DNA of 52,531 nucleotides from Eubacteriales bacterium (GTDB taxonomy: Bacteria; Bacillota; Clostridia; Christensenellales; Aristaeellaceae): the NCBI GenBank assembly GCA_028701335.1, contig JAQVQY010000001.1, positions 1 to 52,531 on the forward strand, given 5' to 3'. The position numbers and the translations under genes were made by a program. Below are positions 42,763 through 51,810 of the stretch, piece after piece. How positions within the stretch are numbered: position 1 is the first letter of the stretch; each line of letters starts with the position of its first letter. The notes under the pieces are model-generated. The model saw only the letters and a program-made list of their open reading frames with translations, was not told where the DNA came from and ran no database searches.

Positions 42763-44457
42763 CTATTCAAAATTATATCCCGTCACGATGGGCTCCCGGT
42801 TGAAGGTCTGATCCTGATAATATTCATGCCAGGACAGCGCCAGAAAAGAGCCCGCGATATTGTAGGCGTCAATGCCCTCCTGCATCATCGCGCGCGACGC
42901 GTTATAGCTGCGGGCGCCGCTGCGGCAGAAAACGTAAACCGGGTGGTCCCGGGGAATTTCATCCATCCGCTCGCGCAGCTGGCTTAGCGGGATGTTTTTG
43001 GATCCCTTCACATGCCCCTGAGTATACTCGTCCGTCTCCCGAACATCCAGGAGGTATTCACCTTTTTCCGCAAGCTCCCGCACCTGGCTGAACAGCACCT
43101 GGCGCAGTTTGCCTTCCAGCAGGTTTGTGGCCTGCAGCGCCGCCTGATTCACAGGATCCCGGGCTGTGGAATACAGCGGGCTGTAGCACAGGTCCAGGTC
43201 CTTCAGATCATGCACGCTTGCCCCAAAGCGGACGGCAGTTGCGATCACATCAATCCGTTTTTCCGCAGCTCCCTGCCCAATTGCCTGCGCGCCCAGCACC
43301 TTGCCGCCGGTCTTCTCAAAGAACAGCTTCAGGAAAATCGGTGAAGCGCCGGGCATGATGCCCACGATGTCATTGGCCACCACAAAGGACACACCATAGT
43401 CAATGCCCGCATCCCGAAGGGCCTTGCCGTTCATGCCGGTGGACGCGGCGGTCAGGCCAAATACCCGGATGACGCTGGAGCCAAGCACGCCTGGGATATC
43501 CGGCACCTCTTCGGTCTGCGCCGTTGCGGCATGGCGTGCCTGCCGCAGGGCAGGGCCGGCGAGGGGCAGCCGGCAGGGCTTTCCGGTCTGAAAGTTCACC
43601 AACTCCGCCGCGTCTCCCACAGCATAAATGCTGGGATCAGAGGTGCGCATGGCGCCGTCAACCTTGATGCCACCGGTGGGACCAATCTCAAGCCCGCAGC
43701 CTGTGGCCAACGCTGTTTCAGGCCTCACCCCAATAGCCATAATCACAACTTGGGCAGGAATTTCCCGGCCTGAGGCAAGCGTGACATGATCAGAATGGAT
43801 TTCCATAAGGCCATCCCCCAGGGCCAGCGCCACACCGTGGTCCAGGACTTCCTTATGCAGAAACTGGGCCATGTCCCTGTCAAAGGGCAGCATCACCTGG
43901 GGCGCCATGTCCGCCACGGTGACCTCAAGGCCCCGATGGCGCAGGTTTTCCGCCATCTCAAGGCCGATAAAGCCTCCGCCGATGACCGCTGCCTCCCTGA
44001 CAGCGTGATCCTTGAGATACGCGTCAATCCGCTCCACATCCACCACATTGCGGACGCTGAAAACATGGGGCAGGCTGATGCCGGGGAGGCTGGCCGGCAT
44101 GATGGGGCTGGCGCCGGGAGAGAGGAACAGGGCATCATAGGGCAGGGTTTCCTCCTGCCCAGTCTGAAGGTTGCGCGCCAGCACGGTTTTGTTTTCCCGG
44201 TCGATGGCTGCGGCCTCCGTCAGCGTCCGGGCACGGATACGGTAGCGCTGCCAGAAGGTATCCGGGCTCACCAGGATCAGCTCCCCGCTTAAGCCTATGT
44301 CCCCGCCGATAAAGTAGGGAAGCGCGCAGTTGGAAAAGGACACATCCCGACCCCGCTCCAGCATCGTGATCTCAGCCCGCTCGTCCAAGCGCCTTAAGCG
44401 CGCCGCAACCGAGGCTCCGCCCGCAACGCCGCCGATGATGAGGTATTTCTTTGCCAT
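42763..44457 (-). CDS. CoA-disulfide reductase/NADH oxidase-family flavoprotein fused to a C-terminal rhodanese domain
   Basis: Contains IIGGVAGGAS, the redox Cys motif SFSNCALPY and GGGFIGLEMAE. The rhodanese active-site loop is CRSGARS. Confidence 0.9.
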   Translation of the reverse strand: MAKKYLIIGGVAGGASVAARLRRLDERAEITMLERGRDVSFSNCALPYFIGGDIGLSGELILVSPDTFWQRYRIRARTLTEAAAIDRENKTVLARNLQTGQEETLPYDALFLSPGASPIMPASLPGISLPHVFSVRNVVDVERIDAYLKDHAVREAAVIGGGFIGLEMAENLRHRGLEVTVADMAPQVMLPFDRDMAQFLHKEVLDHGVALALGDGLMEIHSDHVTLASGREIPAQVVIMAIGVRPETALATGCGLEIGPTGGIKVDGAMRTSDPSIYAVGDAAELVNFQTGKPCRLPLAGPALRQARHAATAQTEEVPDIPGVLGSSVIRVFGLTAASTGMNGKALRDAGIDYGVSFVVANDIVGIMPGASPIFLKLFFEKTGGKVLGAQAIGQGAAEKRIDVIATAVRFGASVHDLKDLDLCYSPLYSTARDPVNQAALQATNLLEGKLRQVLFSQVRELAEKGEYLLDVRETDEYTQGHVKGSKNIPLSQLRERMDEIPRDHPVYVFCRSGARSYNASRAMMQEGIDAYNIAGSFLALSWHEYYQDQTFNREPIVTGYNFE

Positions 44458-44471
44458 GGTCTGTCCTCCGG

Positions 44472-45764
44472 TCAGTTCTCCTGCTTTTCGGCGGTAATTT
44501 CCAGCCGCAGTTCCTTTTCATTCCTGAGTGTCCCAAGCAACTGGGGGCTCAGCTTTGCCGTAGCCATTTCCCCCGGGGTGAGGATGCGCCGGCGCTGGCT
44601 CAGCAGCACCGTCCCGCCCGCCCTAATGGTGAGAAAACAATTGTTGTAAACACGGTCAGGCCGGAACATCATCTCAAGCCCTTCAGCGATTTCCCCCTCA
44701 GGGATGATCAGGCGCTGGGGCACCGTGCCCCGGATCCCGGCGCCGTCCACAACCTGCACCTCCACGGCGCCCGTATCCTCATAGCCCGCCAGGTATCGGG
44801 CGGCGGCTTCGCCGGCCTGGGCGCTCTCCTGGCTTACAAAGTCCACCAGGTCATGTACATGAAGCACATTCCCGCAGGCGAAGACGCCGGGCACATCCGT
44901 TTCAAAGCGGTTATCCACTATGGGGCCCTGTGTGGTGTTGGAAATCGTAACCCCAATGCCCAGGGACAGCTCATTCTCGGGAATCAGCCCTACTGAAAGC
45001 AGCAGTGTGTCGCAGGGGATGTCCTGCTCAGTCCCCGGGATGGGCAGCCGATCCTCCCCCACCTGGGCAACGGTGACGCCCTCAACCCGGCCCTGCCCCT
45101 TCACGTCAATGACGGTGTGGGAGAGCATCAGGGGGATGCCATAGTCATCCAGGCACTGGACGATGTTGCGGTTTAAGCCGCTGGAGTAGGGCATAAGCTC
45201 TACGCAGGCCCTGACTATTGCTCCCTGAAGCGTCATACGCCGGGCCATGATGAGGCCGATGTCCCCGCTGCCCAGGATCACAACCTCCTTCCCCGGCATA
45301 TAGCCCATCATATTCACGATTTTCTGGGCGGTGCCGGCGCTGAAGACGCCGGCAGGCCGGGTGCCGGGAATGGCAAGCGCTCCCCGGGGCCGTTCCCTGC
45401 AGCCCATGGCCAGGATCACCGCCCGGGCCCGGAAGGTCTCCAGTCCTTTCTCCCGGCTGACAACAGTGACCACCTTATCCGGTGTGATATCAAGCACCAT
45501 GGCGCCGCAGCGTACATTGATTCCCAGATCCCGGGCCTCGCGGATATCCCGCTGGGCGTACTCAGGGCCGGTCAGCTCTTCCTTAAAGCGATGCAAACCA
45601 AAGCCGTTATGGATGCACTGGTTTAGAATGCCGCCCTGCTCATCCTCACGTTCCAGTACAACAAGGTCCATCACGCCAGCCTTTTTGGCGGCGATGGCGG
45701 CTGCCAGGCCCGCCGGGCCCGCGCCAATGATCAAAAGGTCAATGGCTTTTATCTTTTCAGACAT
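44472..45764 (-). CDS. NAD(P)/FAD-dependent (pyridine nucleotide-disulfide type) oxidoreductase, partner of the GlpA-like dehydrogenase
   Basis: Contains IIGAGPAGLAAA, ILGSGDIGL and GVFACGN. ATG 45764 (RBS GGAGAGG) overlaps the end of the upstream gene by 8 nt. Confidence 0.87.
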   Translation of the reverse strand: MSEKIKAIDLLIIGAGPAGLAAAIAAKKAGVMDLVVLEREDEQGGILNQCIHNGFGLHRFKEELTGPEYAQRDIREARDLGINVRCGAMVLDITPDKVVTVVSREKGLETFRARAVILAMGCRERPRGALAIPGTRPAGVFSAGTAQKIVNMMGYMPGKEVVILGSGDIGLIMARRMTLQGAIVRACVELMPYSSGLNRNIVQCLDDYGIPLMLSHTVIDVKGQGRVEGVTVAQVGEDRLPIPGTEQDIPCDTLLLSVGLIPENELSLGIGVTISNTTQGPIVDNRFETDVPGVFACGNVLHVHDLVDFVSQESAQAGEAAARYLAGYEDTGAVEVQVVDGAGIRGTVPQRLIIPEGEIAEGLEMMFRPDRVYNNCFLTIRAGGTVLLSQRRRILTPGEMATAKLSPQLLGTLRNEKELRLEITAEKQEN

Positions 45765-47202
45765 TTCGCGCCTCTCCAATCGGTCCATTGAGCACAGCGC
45801 TGCCCGGGCCTTTTTTGCTGACTTCCTCAAAGGGAATGCCCGTTTCCTCGCTGATGATCTCCATCACCCGCGTCATGCAGAAACCGCCCTGGCAGCGCCC
45901 CATGCCGGCGCGCACCCGGCGTTTCACGCCGTCAATATCCCTGGCGCCCACATGCCGCCGGATGGCCCTCCTGACCTCCGCCTCCGTCACTGTTTCACAG
46001 CGGCAGATCACCTTGCCATAGTCAGGATCCGTCTGGCAGGCAATGCGGCGCTCCTCTTCGGTCATGGCGGAAAAGGCCTTGGGTACAGGCGTAGGCGGGA
46101 TATAGCGGGGGTTCACGGGCATCTTCAGGTAATAGGCCACCCAATCTCCCAACTCCTCCCCTATGGCGGGCGCCGCGGTCAGGCCCGGGCTTTCAATGCC
46201 GATGGCCTCAAAGGCGCCCTCGGGCGCCCCTTCCACAGCGCCAATGATGAAGTCCCCGCCTTTCTCATGGGCACGGATGCCTGAAAACGTGGTGATTACC
46301 GTGCGCGTGCCGGCATCAGGATAGCTCAGGCGCACCTTCTGGAGCACCTCCTGAAGGCCCTTGTGGGTGGTGGCGGTGTCCCCGCCGTCCGGGATGTCCT
46401 CGGCCGTGGGTCCAAACAGTAGGTTCCCGTGGGTAGTGGGAGTCACCAGCACGCCCTTTCCCATGGGGGTGGGCAGCTGAAACAGCGTCATCTGAAAAGC
46501 CAGCGGCAGCGTATGGTCCAACAGGTAATATTGCCCGCGCCGGGGAACGATCTCCACCTGGCGGCTCGAAATTTGGTTGTGCAGCTCCCCCGCGCCCACG
46601 CCCGCGCAGTTGACCACCGAGCGGCAGGCGTAATCGCCCCGGTCGGTTTCAACCAGCCAGGCATCCCCCTCGCGGCGCAGGGCTTTCACCCGCGTATTCA
46701 GTTGAAACCGGACGCCGTTTTCGGCCGCGGAGTCCGCCAGGGCGCAGGTCAGCTCATAAGGGCTCACCAGCCCGGACTCCGGTACATACAGCGCGTAGTA
46801 AACCTCCGGATTCACCAGCGGCTCCATTTTCAGGATTTCCTCACGCCCAATGATCCGGCAGCCGGGAACGCCGTTTTCCCTGGCCTTTTTCAGGAGCTCC
46901 TCAAGCGCCGGCTTGTCTCCTTCGTCAAACGCCAGCACCAGTGCCCCGGGTTTCCCATAGGGCACGCCCAGGCTTGAGCATAGGCTGGGCATCATCCGGG
47001 CGCCTTTGGTGTTCAGCCGCGCTTTGTCCGTTCCCGGCACGGCGTCGTATCCGGCGTGGACAATCCCGCTGTTGGCCTTGCTGGCACCGCAGCTTATGTC
47101 GTTATCCGCTTCCAGCACCAGCACCTCTCCCGTGTAGCGCCCCAGGCGCTGGGCCACGGCGCACCCCACTACCCCAGCGCCAATGATAATCACATCCCGC
47201 AT
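45757..47202 (-). CDS. FAD-dependent dehydrogenase with BFD-like [2Fe-2S] domain (anaerobic glycerol-3-phosphate dehydrogenase GlpA-like)
   Basis: Contains IIIGAGVVGCAVA and SKANSGIVHAGYD, plus the C-terminal CRCETVTEAEV...GMGRCQGGFC. Confidence 0.85.
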   Translation of the reverse strand: MRDVIIIGAGVVGCAVAQRLGRYTGEVLVLEADNDISCGASKANSGIVHAGYDAVPGTDKARLNTKGARMMPSLCSSLGVPYGKPGALVLAFDEGDKPALEELLKKARENGVPGCRIIGREEILKMEPLVNPEVYYALYVPESGLVSPYELTCALADSAAENGVRFQLNTRVKALRREGDAWLVETDRGDYACRSVVNCAGVGAGELHNQISSRQVEIVPRRGQYYLLDHTLPLAFQMTLFQLPTPMGKGVLVTPTTHGNLLFGPTAEDIPDGGDTATTHKGLQEVLQKVRLSYPDAGTRTVITTFSGIRAHEKGGDFIIGAVEGAPEGAFEAIGIESPGLTAAPAIGEELGDWVAYYLKMPVNPRYIPPTPVPKAFSAMTEEERRIACQTDPDYGKVICRCETVTEAEVRRAIRRHVGARDIDGVKRRVRAGMGRCQGGFCMTRVMEIISEETGIPFEEVSKKGPGSAVLNGPIGEARNV

Positions 47203-47230
47203 GTTTTTCCTCCCCTATTATGCAGGGATG

Positions 47231-47260
47231 ATTATAGCATGCGGAAACAGGTTCGTCCAA
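47231..47260 (-). promoter_or_regulatory. candidate promoter of the GlpA-like operon
   Basis: On the minus strand, TTGGAC, an 18-nt spacer, then TGC-TATAAT (extended -10). Confidence 0.4.
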
Positions 47261-47301
47261 ATCACTTCGTTTTTATGGCCTCAGGACCGATGGATGGCCT
47301 C

Positions 47302-48153
47302 CTAAACCATTGCGCGCATAAGCTTGTTTAGCAGCATGGGATCGTTCTTTCTGCCGGCCAGCACCTGTCCTTCTTTCAGGCTGCTGTTTTTCTCGTGGAA
47401 AGTGGGCCTCTCTTCTTCAAACAGCACACCGATGGGGATCCGGTCTCCGAACTCCTTGGCGCGCCGCATCGCGCCCATCCGGTCCCTGGTGTCGTGGCTT
47501 TTGTCCAGCTCATACACCCGCTGATTATACCAGGCAAAGGTGTTGAGCTTGTTAAAGCTCACACAGGGCTGGAAGATGTCCACCAGCGCATAGCCCTTGT
47601 AGCTGATCGCGCGCTCCATCAGCATCTGCAGATGCTCAGGCTTGCCGCTGAAACCCCGGGCCACAAAGCCAGCGCCCGCCACCAGGGCGATCAACACGGG
47701 GTTAAAAGGCGTGTTCTGGCTGCCTTCCGCCTGGGCGTCTGTCACCATGCCCTCAAGGGTGGTGGGAGATGACTGTCCCTTGGTAAGGCCGTAAACCTGG
47801 TTGTCATGCACAAAGTGCGTGATGTCCACGTTGCGCCGGATGTTGTGGAGGAAATGGTTGCCGCCCTCGCCATAGGAGTCGCCATCCCCGGTGTTGATAA
47901 TCACCGTCAGATTCGGGTTGGCCATCTTCATGGCCACCGCCGGTGGCAGCGCCCGGCCGTGCAGGCCACAGAAGCTGTTGGCCCGCAGGTACTGGGGCGT
48001 CTTGGCCGCCTGGCCGATGCCGCCCACGATCACCACCTCATGGGGATCCTTGCCCAGCGCTTCCAGCGCCAGCTTCAATGAATCCAGAATGCCAAAGTTG
48101 CCGCAGCCAGGACACCAGGCTGTTTCCAGCTTTTTAAACTCAGTGGCGCTCAT
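47302..48153 (-). CDS. 2-oxoacid:ferredoxin oxidoreductase beta (TPP-binding) subunit
   Basis: Contains WCPGCGN at the N-terminus and the TPP motif NTGDGDSYGEGGNHFLH. Confidence 0.92.
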   Translation of the reverse strand: MSATEFKKLETAWCPGCGNFGILDSLKLALEALGKDPHEVVIVGGIGQAAKTPQYLRANSFCGLHGRALPPAVAMKMANPNLTVIINTGDGDSYGEGGNHFLHNIRRNVDITHFVHDNQVYGLTKGQSSPTTLEGMVTDAQAEGSQNTPFNPVLIALVAGAGFVARGFSGKPEHLQMLMERAISYKGYALVDIFQPCVSFNKLNTFAWYNQRVYELDKSHDTRDRMGAMRRAKEFGDRIPIGVLFEEERPTFHEKNSSLKEGQVLAGRKNDPMLLNKLMRAMV

Positions 48154-49823
48154 CAGAAACTCTCCTTAATAACGCGCTGCGCGATCTCTTCCCCGGTCAT
48201 CTGCCGGCCGTCGTATCGCAGGACGCTGGCGCTCATCACGATCCCAGTTTCCTCGCGGATAAGACCGGCCAGCTGGCCTGTATAGTTTTGTTCAACGTTG
48301 ATCAAGGCCCCGGCGTGTTCCGCCGCCAGCCTCAGCTTTTTTTGGGGCAGCGGCCAGACATCGCCGAAGACCAGCGCGCCATAGCGTTTCCGCCCCTCCC
48401 GGTTGAGCAGCTCCACCGCTTCCTGAAGCGGGCCATGCATGGATCCCCAGCCAACCAGCATGACCTGAGGATTCTCATCTCCCAGCCAGTCAGGCTCCTC
48501 CAGTTCTTTTTCCAGCAGTTTTAATTTCCCCATCCTCTTGTCCATCATCCTGATCCGTGTTTCACTGTCCTCAATGATATCGCCGCGTTCATTATGTTCG
48601 TCAGAGTCAATGTTCACCAGCGCTTCCTTATCCCCCGGGAACCGGCGGGGCGAAATCCCGCTGTCGGTATAGCGGTAACGGGCGTATTCCCTCGTAAGGG
48701 GAACCATCTCCGGCTCATAGCGCGGGAAAATTTCCGGGTCCAGCAGCGGGATACTCGCCGTCGCGTCGGCCAGGTACTGGTCAGTGAGCAGAAGGACAGG
48801 TATCTGGTATTTCTCCGCCAGGTTGACCGCTCGTATGGTTTGCCGGAAAGCGTCCGCGTGGCCGCGCGCGGCGATCACCATGCGCGGGAACTCCCCCTGG
48901 GCGGCTGAGATGACAAACTTCAGGTCGCTCTGCTCAGTGCGGGTGGGAAGGCCGGTGGCGGGGCCCGGCCGCTGCGCGTCCACAATGACCACAGGGATTT
49001 CCGTCATCCCCGCCAGCCCGATCGCCTCCACCATTAGGCTCAGTCCGCCGCCGGAGGTGCCGGTCATCGCCCGGGCGCCGGCATAGGAAGCGCCCAGCGC
49101 CATGTTGATGGCGGCAATCTCATCCTCCGCCTGCTCCACCACAATGCCCGCCTCCTTGGCCCACTGGGCCAGGGATTCCAGAATGGAGGTGGAGGGCGAC
49201 ATGGGATAGGCCGCGTAAAACTGCACGCCGGCCGCCAGCGCCCCCAGTGCGATTGCCCGATTGCCGCTCAGGAGCATCATATCCCGGGCGTGTCCTTCCG
49301 GCAGTGTGAACCGCCCAGGCGCCGCCTCATACCCCGCGAGCGCCGCCTGCACATTGATGCCTACATACTCAGGCTTTAAAACCCGCCCGAAGACTTCCGC
49401 CGCGCTCTTTTCGTCCAGCGCCACCCCAAAGAGCTTCAGCGCCGCGCCCACCGCCACGCTGCCCGCCGTCCTGGCGTTGCCCAGGGTTTTGGCTATCTGC
49501 GCCATGTCGATCCGGATCACGCGGGGATCCTCCGATTTCGCGGCGCTGTCCATCAGGATAAAGCCTTCCTGGCTGAGCGCCTCACGGTGGATGGCCGCCG
49601 TCTCCTCATTGAGCGCGATCACGCCGTCCAGGCGTTCGCTGTGGGCCTTGGGTGTCCCTGGGCCAAAGCGTATCCGGGAAAAGTTGTGGCCGCCCCGGAT
49701 GCGCGACATTAAATCCCGCATCGTGAAAACCCCGCTGCCGGCGTGCTTGAAGAAAAATTCCAGCGCCGTCACCGCCGATTCCACGCCCTGGCCCGCGGCG
49801 CCCCCTACAAGCAAATTATACAT
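48153..49823 (-). CDS. 2-oxoacid:ferredoxin oxidoreductase alpha subunit with fused N-terminal gamma domain
   Basis: The N-terminus GGAAGQGVESA...IRGGHN is the gamma (POR) domain. It is followed by the alpha domain YPMSPST...GASYAGARAMTGTSGGG. Its stop overlaps the start of the beta gene. Confidence 0.92.
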   Translation of the reverse strand: MYNLLVGGAAGQGVESAVTALEFFFKHAGSGVFTMRDLMSRIRGGHNFSRIRFGPGTPKAHSERLDGVIALNEETAAIHREALSQEGFILMDSAAKSEDPRVIRIDMAQIAKTLGNARTAGSVAVGAALKLFGVALDEKSAAEVFGRVLKPEYVGINVQAALAGYEAAPGRFTLPEGHARDMMLLSGNRAIALGALAAGVQFYAAYPMSPSTSILESLAQWAKEAGIVVEQAEDEIAAINMALGASYAGARAMTGTSGGGLSLMVEAIGLAGMTEIPVVIVDAQRPGPATGLPTRTEQSDLKFVISAAQGEFPRMVIAARGHADAFRQTIRAVNLAEKYQIPVLLLTDQYLADATASIPLLDPEIFPRYEPEMVPLTREYARYRYTDSGISPRRFPGDKEALVNIDSDEHNERGDIIEDSETRIRMMDKRMGKLKLLEKELEEPDWLGDENPQVMLVGWGSMHGPLQEAVELLNREGRKRYGALVFGDVWPLPQKKLRLAAEHAGALINVEQNYTGQLAGLIREETGIVMSASVLRYDGRQMTGEEIAQRVIKESF

Positions 49824-49844
49824 GACCTGATCTCCTTCTCTTCG

Positions 49845-50246
49845 TTATTGCGCTGCCCCGCGATGCTGTGGCTCCTCTATCTTGCTGGCGATCTCAAAAC
49901 GATGCCCATCCGGATCAAAGAAGGCGGCGTTGCGCATTCCCCAGGGCTGATCTCTGGGCGGAGCCAGGAACGCCGCGCCCCGCTTCATCAGCTCCTCATA
50001 CACCAGATCCACGCTTACCACCCAGATGCTGATTTCCATGGGCAGCGGCCCCCGGGCGGCGCTGGTTTCCTGGTATGACAGGCTCATATCCAGCAGGTTT
50101 AAAAGCAGGTTGCCCATGTCCACCACAATGTTCTTTTCATTCACCCGGGTGATATCCGCCTGGAATATCCGCCGGTAAAACGCCTCGCTGCGGCTGATGT
50201 CGGCCACATAGAGGCTCAGGGCATTGATATGCAGGATGTCTTCCAT
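49845..50246 (-). CDS. VOC (glyoxalase/bleomycin-resistance) family protein
   Basis: The HINALSLYVADISRSEAFY ... FFDPDGHRFEI pattern fits the family. ATG 50246 is preferred because the start at 50288 lies inside a TACAAT box, but the start is uncertain. Confidence 0.78.
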   Translation of the reverse strand: MEDILHINALSLYVADISRSEAFYRRIFQADITRVNEKNIVVDMGNLLLNLLDMSLSYQETSAARGPLPMEISIWVVSVDLVYEELMKRGAAFLAPPRDQPWGMRNAAFFDPDGHRFEIASKIEEPQHRGAAQ

Positions 50247-50651
50247 AGGCGCCCTTTCCGCGCGTACGCGCTTATCCTTCAGAGGCATTGTACCCAGTCC
50301 TCAGTCGCTGGTTCTGTCAAAAGCACAGTTTTTCATGCCCACGGTTTCGTGGCAGCTCGTTCGCGATGGTTCAATGAAAAATTGGACGCGCGCAATATTA
50401 AATAAAGCAGCTGGCGACATAGCAGTCCAGCTATGTGAACACCGGAAGCATCACCGCCAACAGCTGTTTTAGATTTTCCTACGTCGGCAAACACCGGGCG
50501 CTTCAATGAAGCAGGTTAGCTGCATTGGAAATTTATCCGCTAAGTGTGTAGGTGGCATGGAGAATACTTCATCATTTGGCGGCCTAACACATGCAAGTAT
50601 CCCCGAGCCTTGTGGAACACAAGGATCCCACGCTGCACCTCAATTCGGTTA

Positions 50652-51413
50652 CTACTGAATATACTGGTAGAAGTCACAGTATGCTGCAGGGATTGTTATA
50701 GACGCGCCCATGACCGTCGTATAGGTAATCGTTCCGGCCAGACGGCAATAGAAGTTAATTCGATCCTTTTCGAGGATATTGGCGTTGTGGTTGCCGGCCG
50801 TAAAGATGTATAGGATGTTGTCATAGCGGCCCTTGGTGGCGACGCGCAGTTCAAATCCATTGCGGGCATCGCCTAACACCTGCACAACGTATCCCGAGAT
50901 CTTGACCATATCTCCCCTGTATGAGTCGGGCGTGCGGGCAACTGAGGTATAGTCAAAACGCCCATACGCCTTGCGTGGATCAGGCGTCGGGGTTGGCTTT
51001 TTGGTTGGCGTAGGCCTGGGCGTGGGTTTTGGGGTTGGCGTGGGCTTTACCGGAGCTTTCGCGTTATACAACGCTTCTTGATCATCCACCGATGCTGCGC
51101 CATCCTGCTTCAGCCCAGCGGCTTTCTCAAACGCTTTCAGTGCTGCCGCCGTTGCACCATCGAACTTACCGGTCGCATCTTTGGTATAGTACCCGAGAGT
51201 AGCCAGACGCCTTTGCAGGTTGGCTACCTCATCGCCGGACGATCCGCTCTTCAAGGATACATACGGGTATATCCCCCGGTTGCGCATTTCGGTCAGTATG
51301 GATTCATGCAGTTTGAGGATCTGTTCATCACTCATGGGTGTCAGTTCTACTGCCATGGCAATACTGGGGGCCAGCAAAGCAAGAACGAGGACAACAGCAA
51401 GCAACTTTTTCAT
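50652..51413 (-). CDS. secreted protein: PG_binding_1 domain + Pro/Thr linker + unassigned C-terminal domain
   Basis: The RBS GGAAGGGAGA precedes ATG 51413. The signal peptide is MKKLLAVVLVLALLAPSIAMA. The PG-binding repeat is GSSGDEVANLQRRLATLGYY...DGATAAALKAFEKAAGLKQDG, and the linker is PTPTPKPTPRPTPTKKPTPTP. GC is visibly lower than in neighbouring genes. Confidence 0.8.
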   Translation of the reverse strand: MKKLLAVVLVLALLAPSIAMAVELTPMSDEQILKLHESILTEMRNRGIYPYVSLKSGSSGDEVANLQRRLATLGYYTKDATGKFDGATAAALKAFEKAAGLKQDGAASVDDQEALYNAKAPVKPTPTPKPTPRPTPTKKPTPTPDPRKAYGRFDYTSVARTPDSYRGDMVKISGYVVQVLGDARNGFELRVATKGRYDNILYIFTAGNHNANILEKDRINFYCRLAGTITYTTVMGASITIPAAYCDFYQYIQ

Positions 51414-51447
51414 CTGAAATCTCCCTTCCATTATCAAGCCGAGGCAA

Positions 51448-51794
51448 CTACTTGCCGGGCTTCCTTTCTTTCCAAGCTTCTTTCCGAATGCTGTCATTGG
51501 CTTCCTGGATGGTTCCCTCCAGGCCTCCCTTGGAGACGGGAGGCATGCAGTTGGTCGTTTCGGTGGAAATGGCGGCTGGATAGGCATGTTTGCCTGGATC
51601 TTCCGACAGACCAAGAAGATAGTCTGAGGTTACGCAGAAAAACAGGGTCTACTTCGCCGACTTGCTGATATCTGGCCATCTTTCGCCGGACCCATCCTAT
51701 AGGCTGTTTTGAATGTCACATCAAATTCTTTCGCAAGTATAACCTGCGTAAGCACTTTCTGCCGATGTAATTCCCTTAATGTGTTTGAAAACAC
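51448..51794 (-). pseudogene. XRE-family HTH regulator pseudogene (one frameshift, one in-frame TAG)
   Basis: From GTG 51794 (RBS GAAGGGGA) it reads FSNTLRELHRQKVLTQVILAKEFDVTFKTAYRM. After a G-run at 51691-93 (G3 where G4 is needed), the next frame reads GSGERWPDISKSAK-TAG(51651-49)-TLFFCVTSDYLLGLSEDP... and stops at 51448. The spacing matches the HTH_3 consensus exactly. Confidence 0.7.
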
Positions 51795-51810
51795 GCGTCC
51801 CCTTCAAAGG

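Noticed and set aside
50301-50420. A 39-codon minus-strand ORF (MSPAALFNIARVQFFIEPSRTSCHETVGMKNCAFDRTSD) in the unassigned part of the patch.
   Set aside because: It has no RBS and no recognisable motif, and it is below any length at which the sequence alone is persuasive.
50983-51047. Repetitive GGCGTGGG/GGTTGG nucleotide pattern.
   Set aside because: It is the coding sequence (minus strand) of the Pro/Thr-rich linker of the PG-binding protein, not a regulatory or CRISPR-like repeat.
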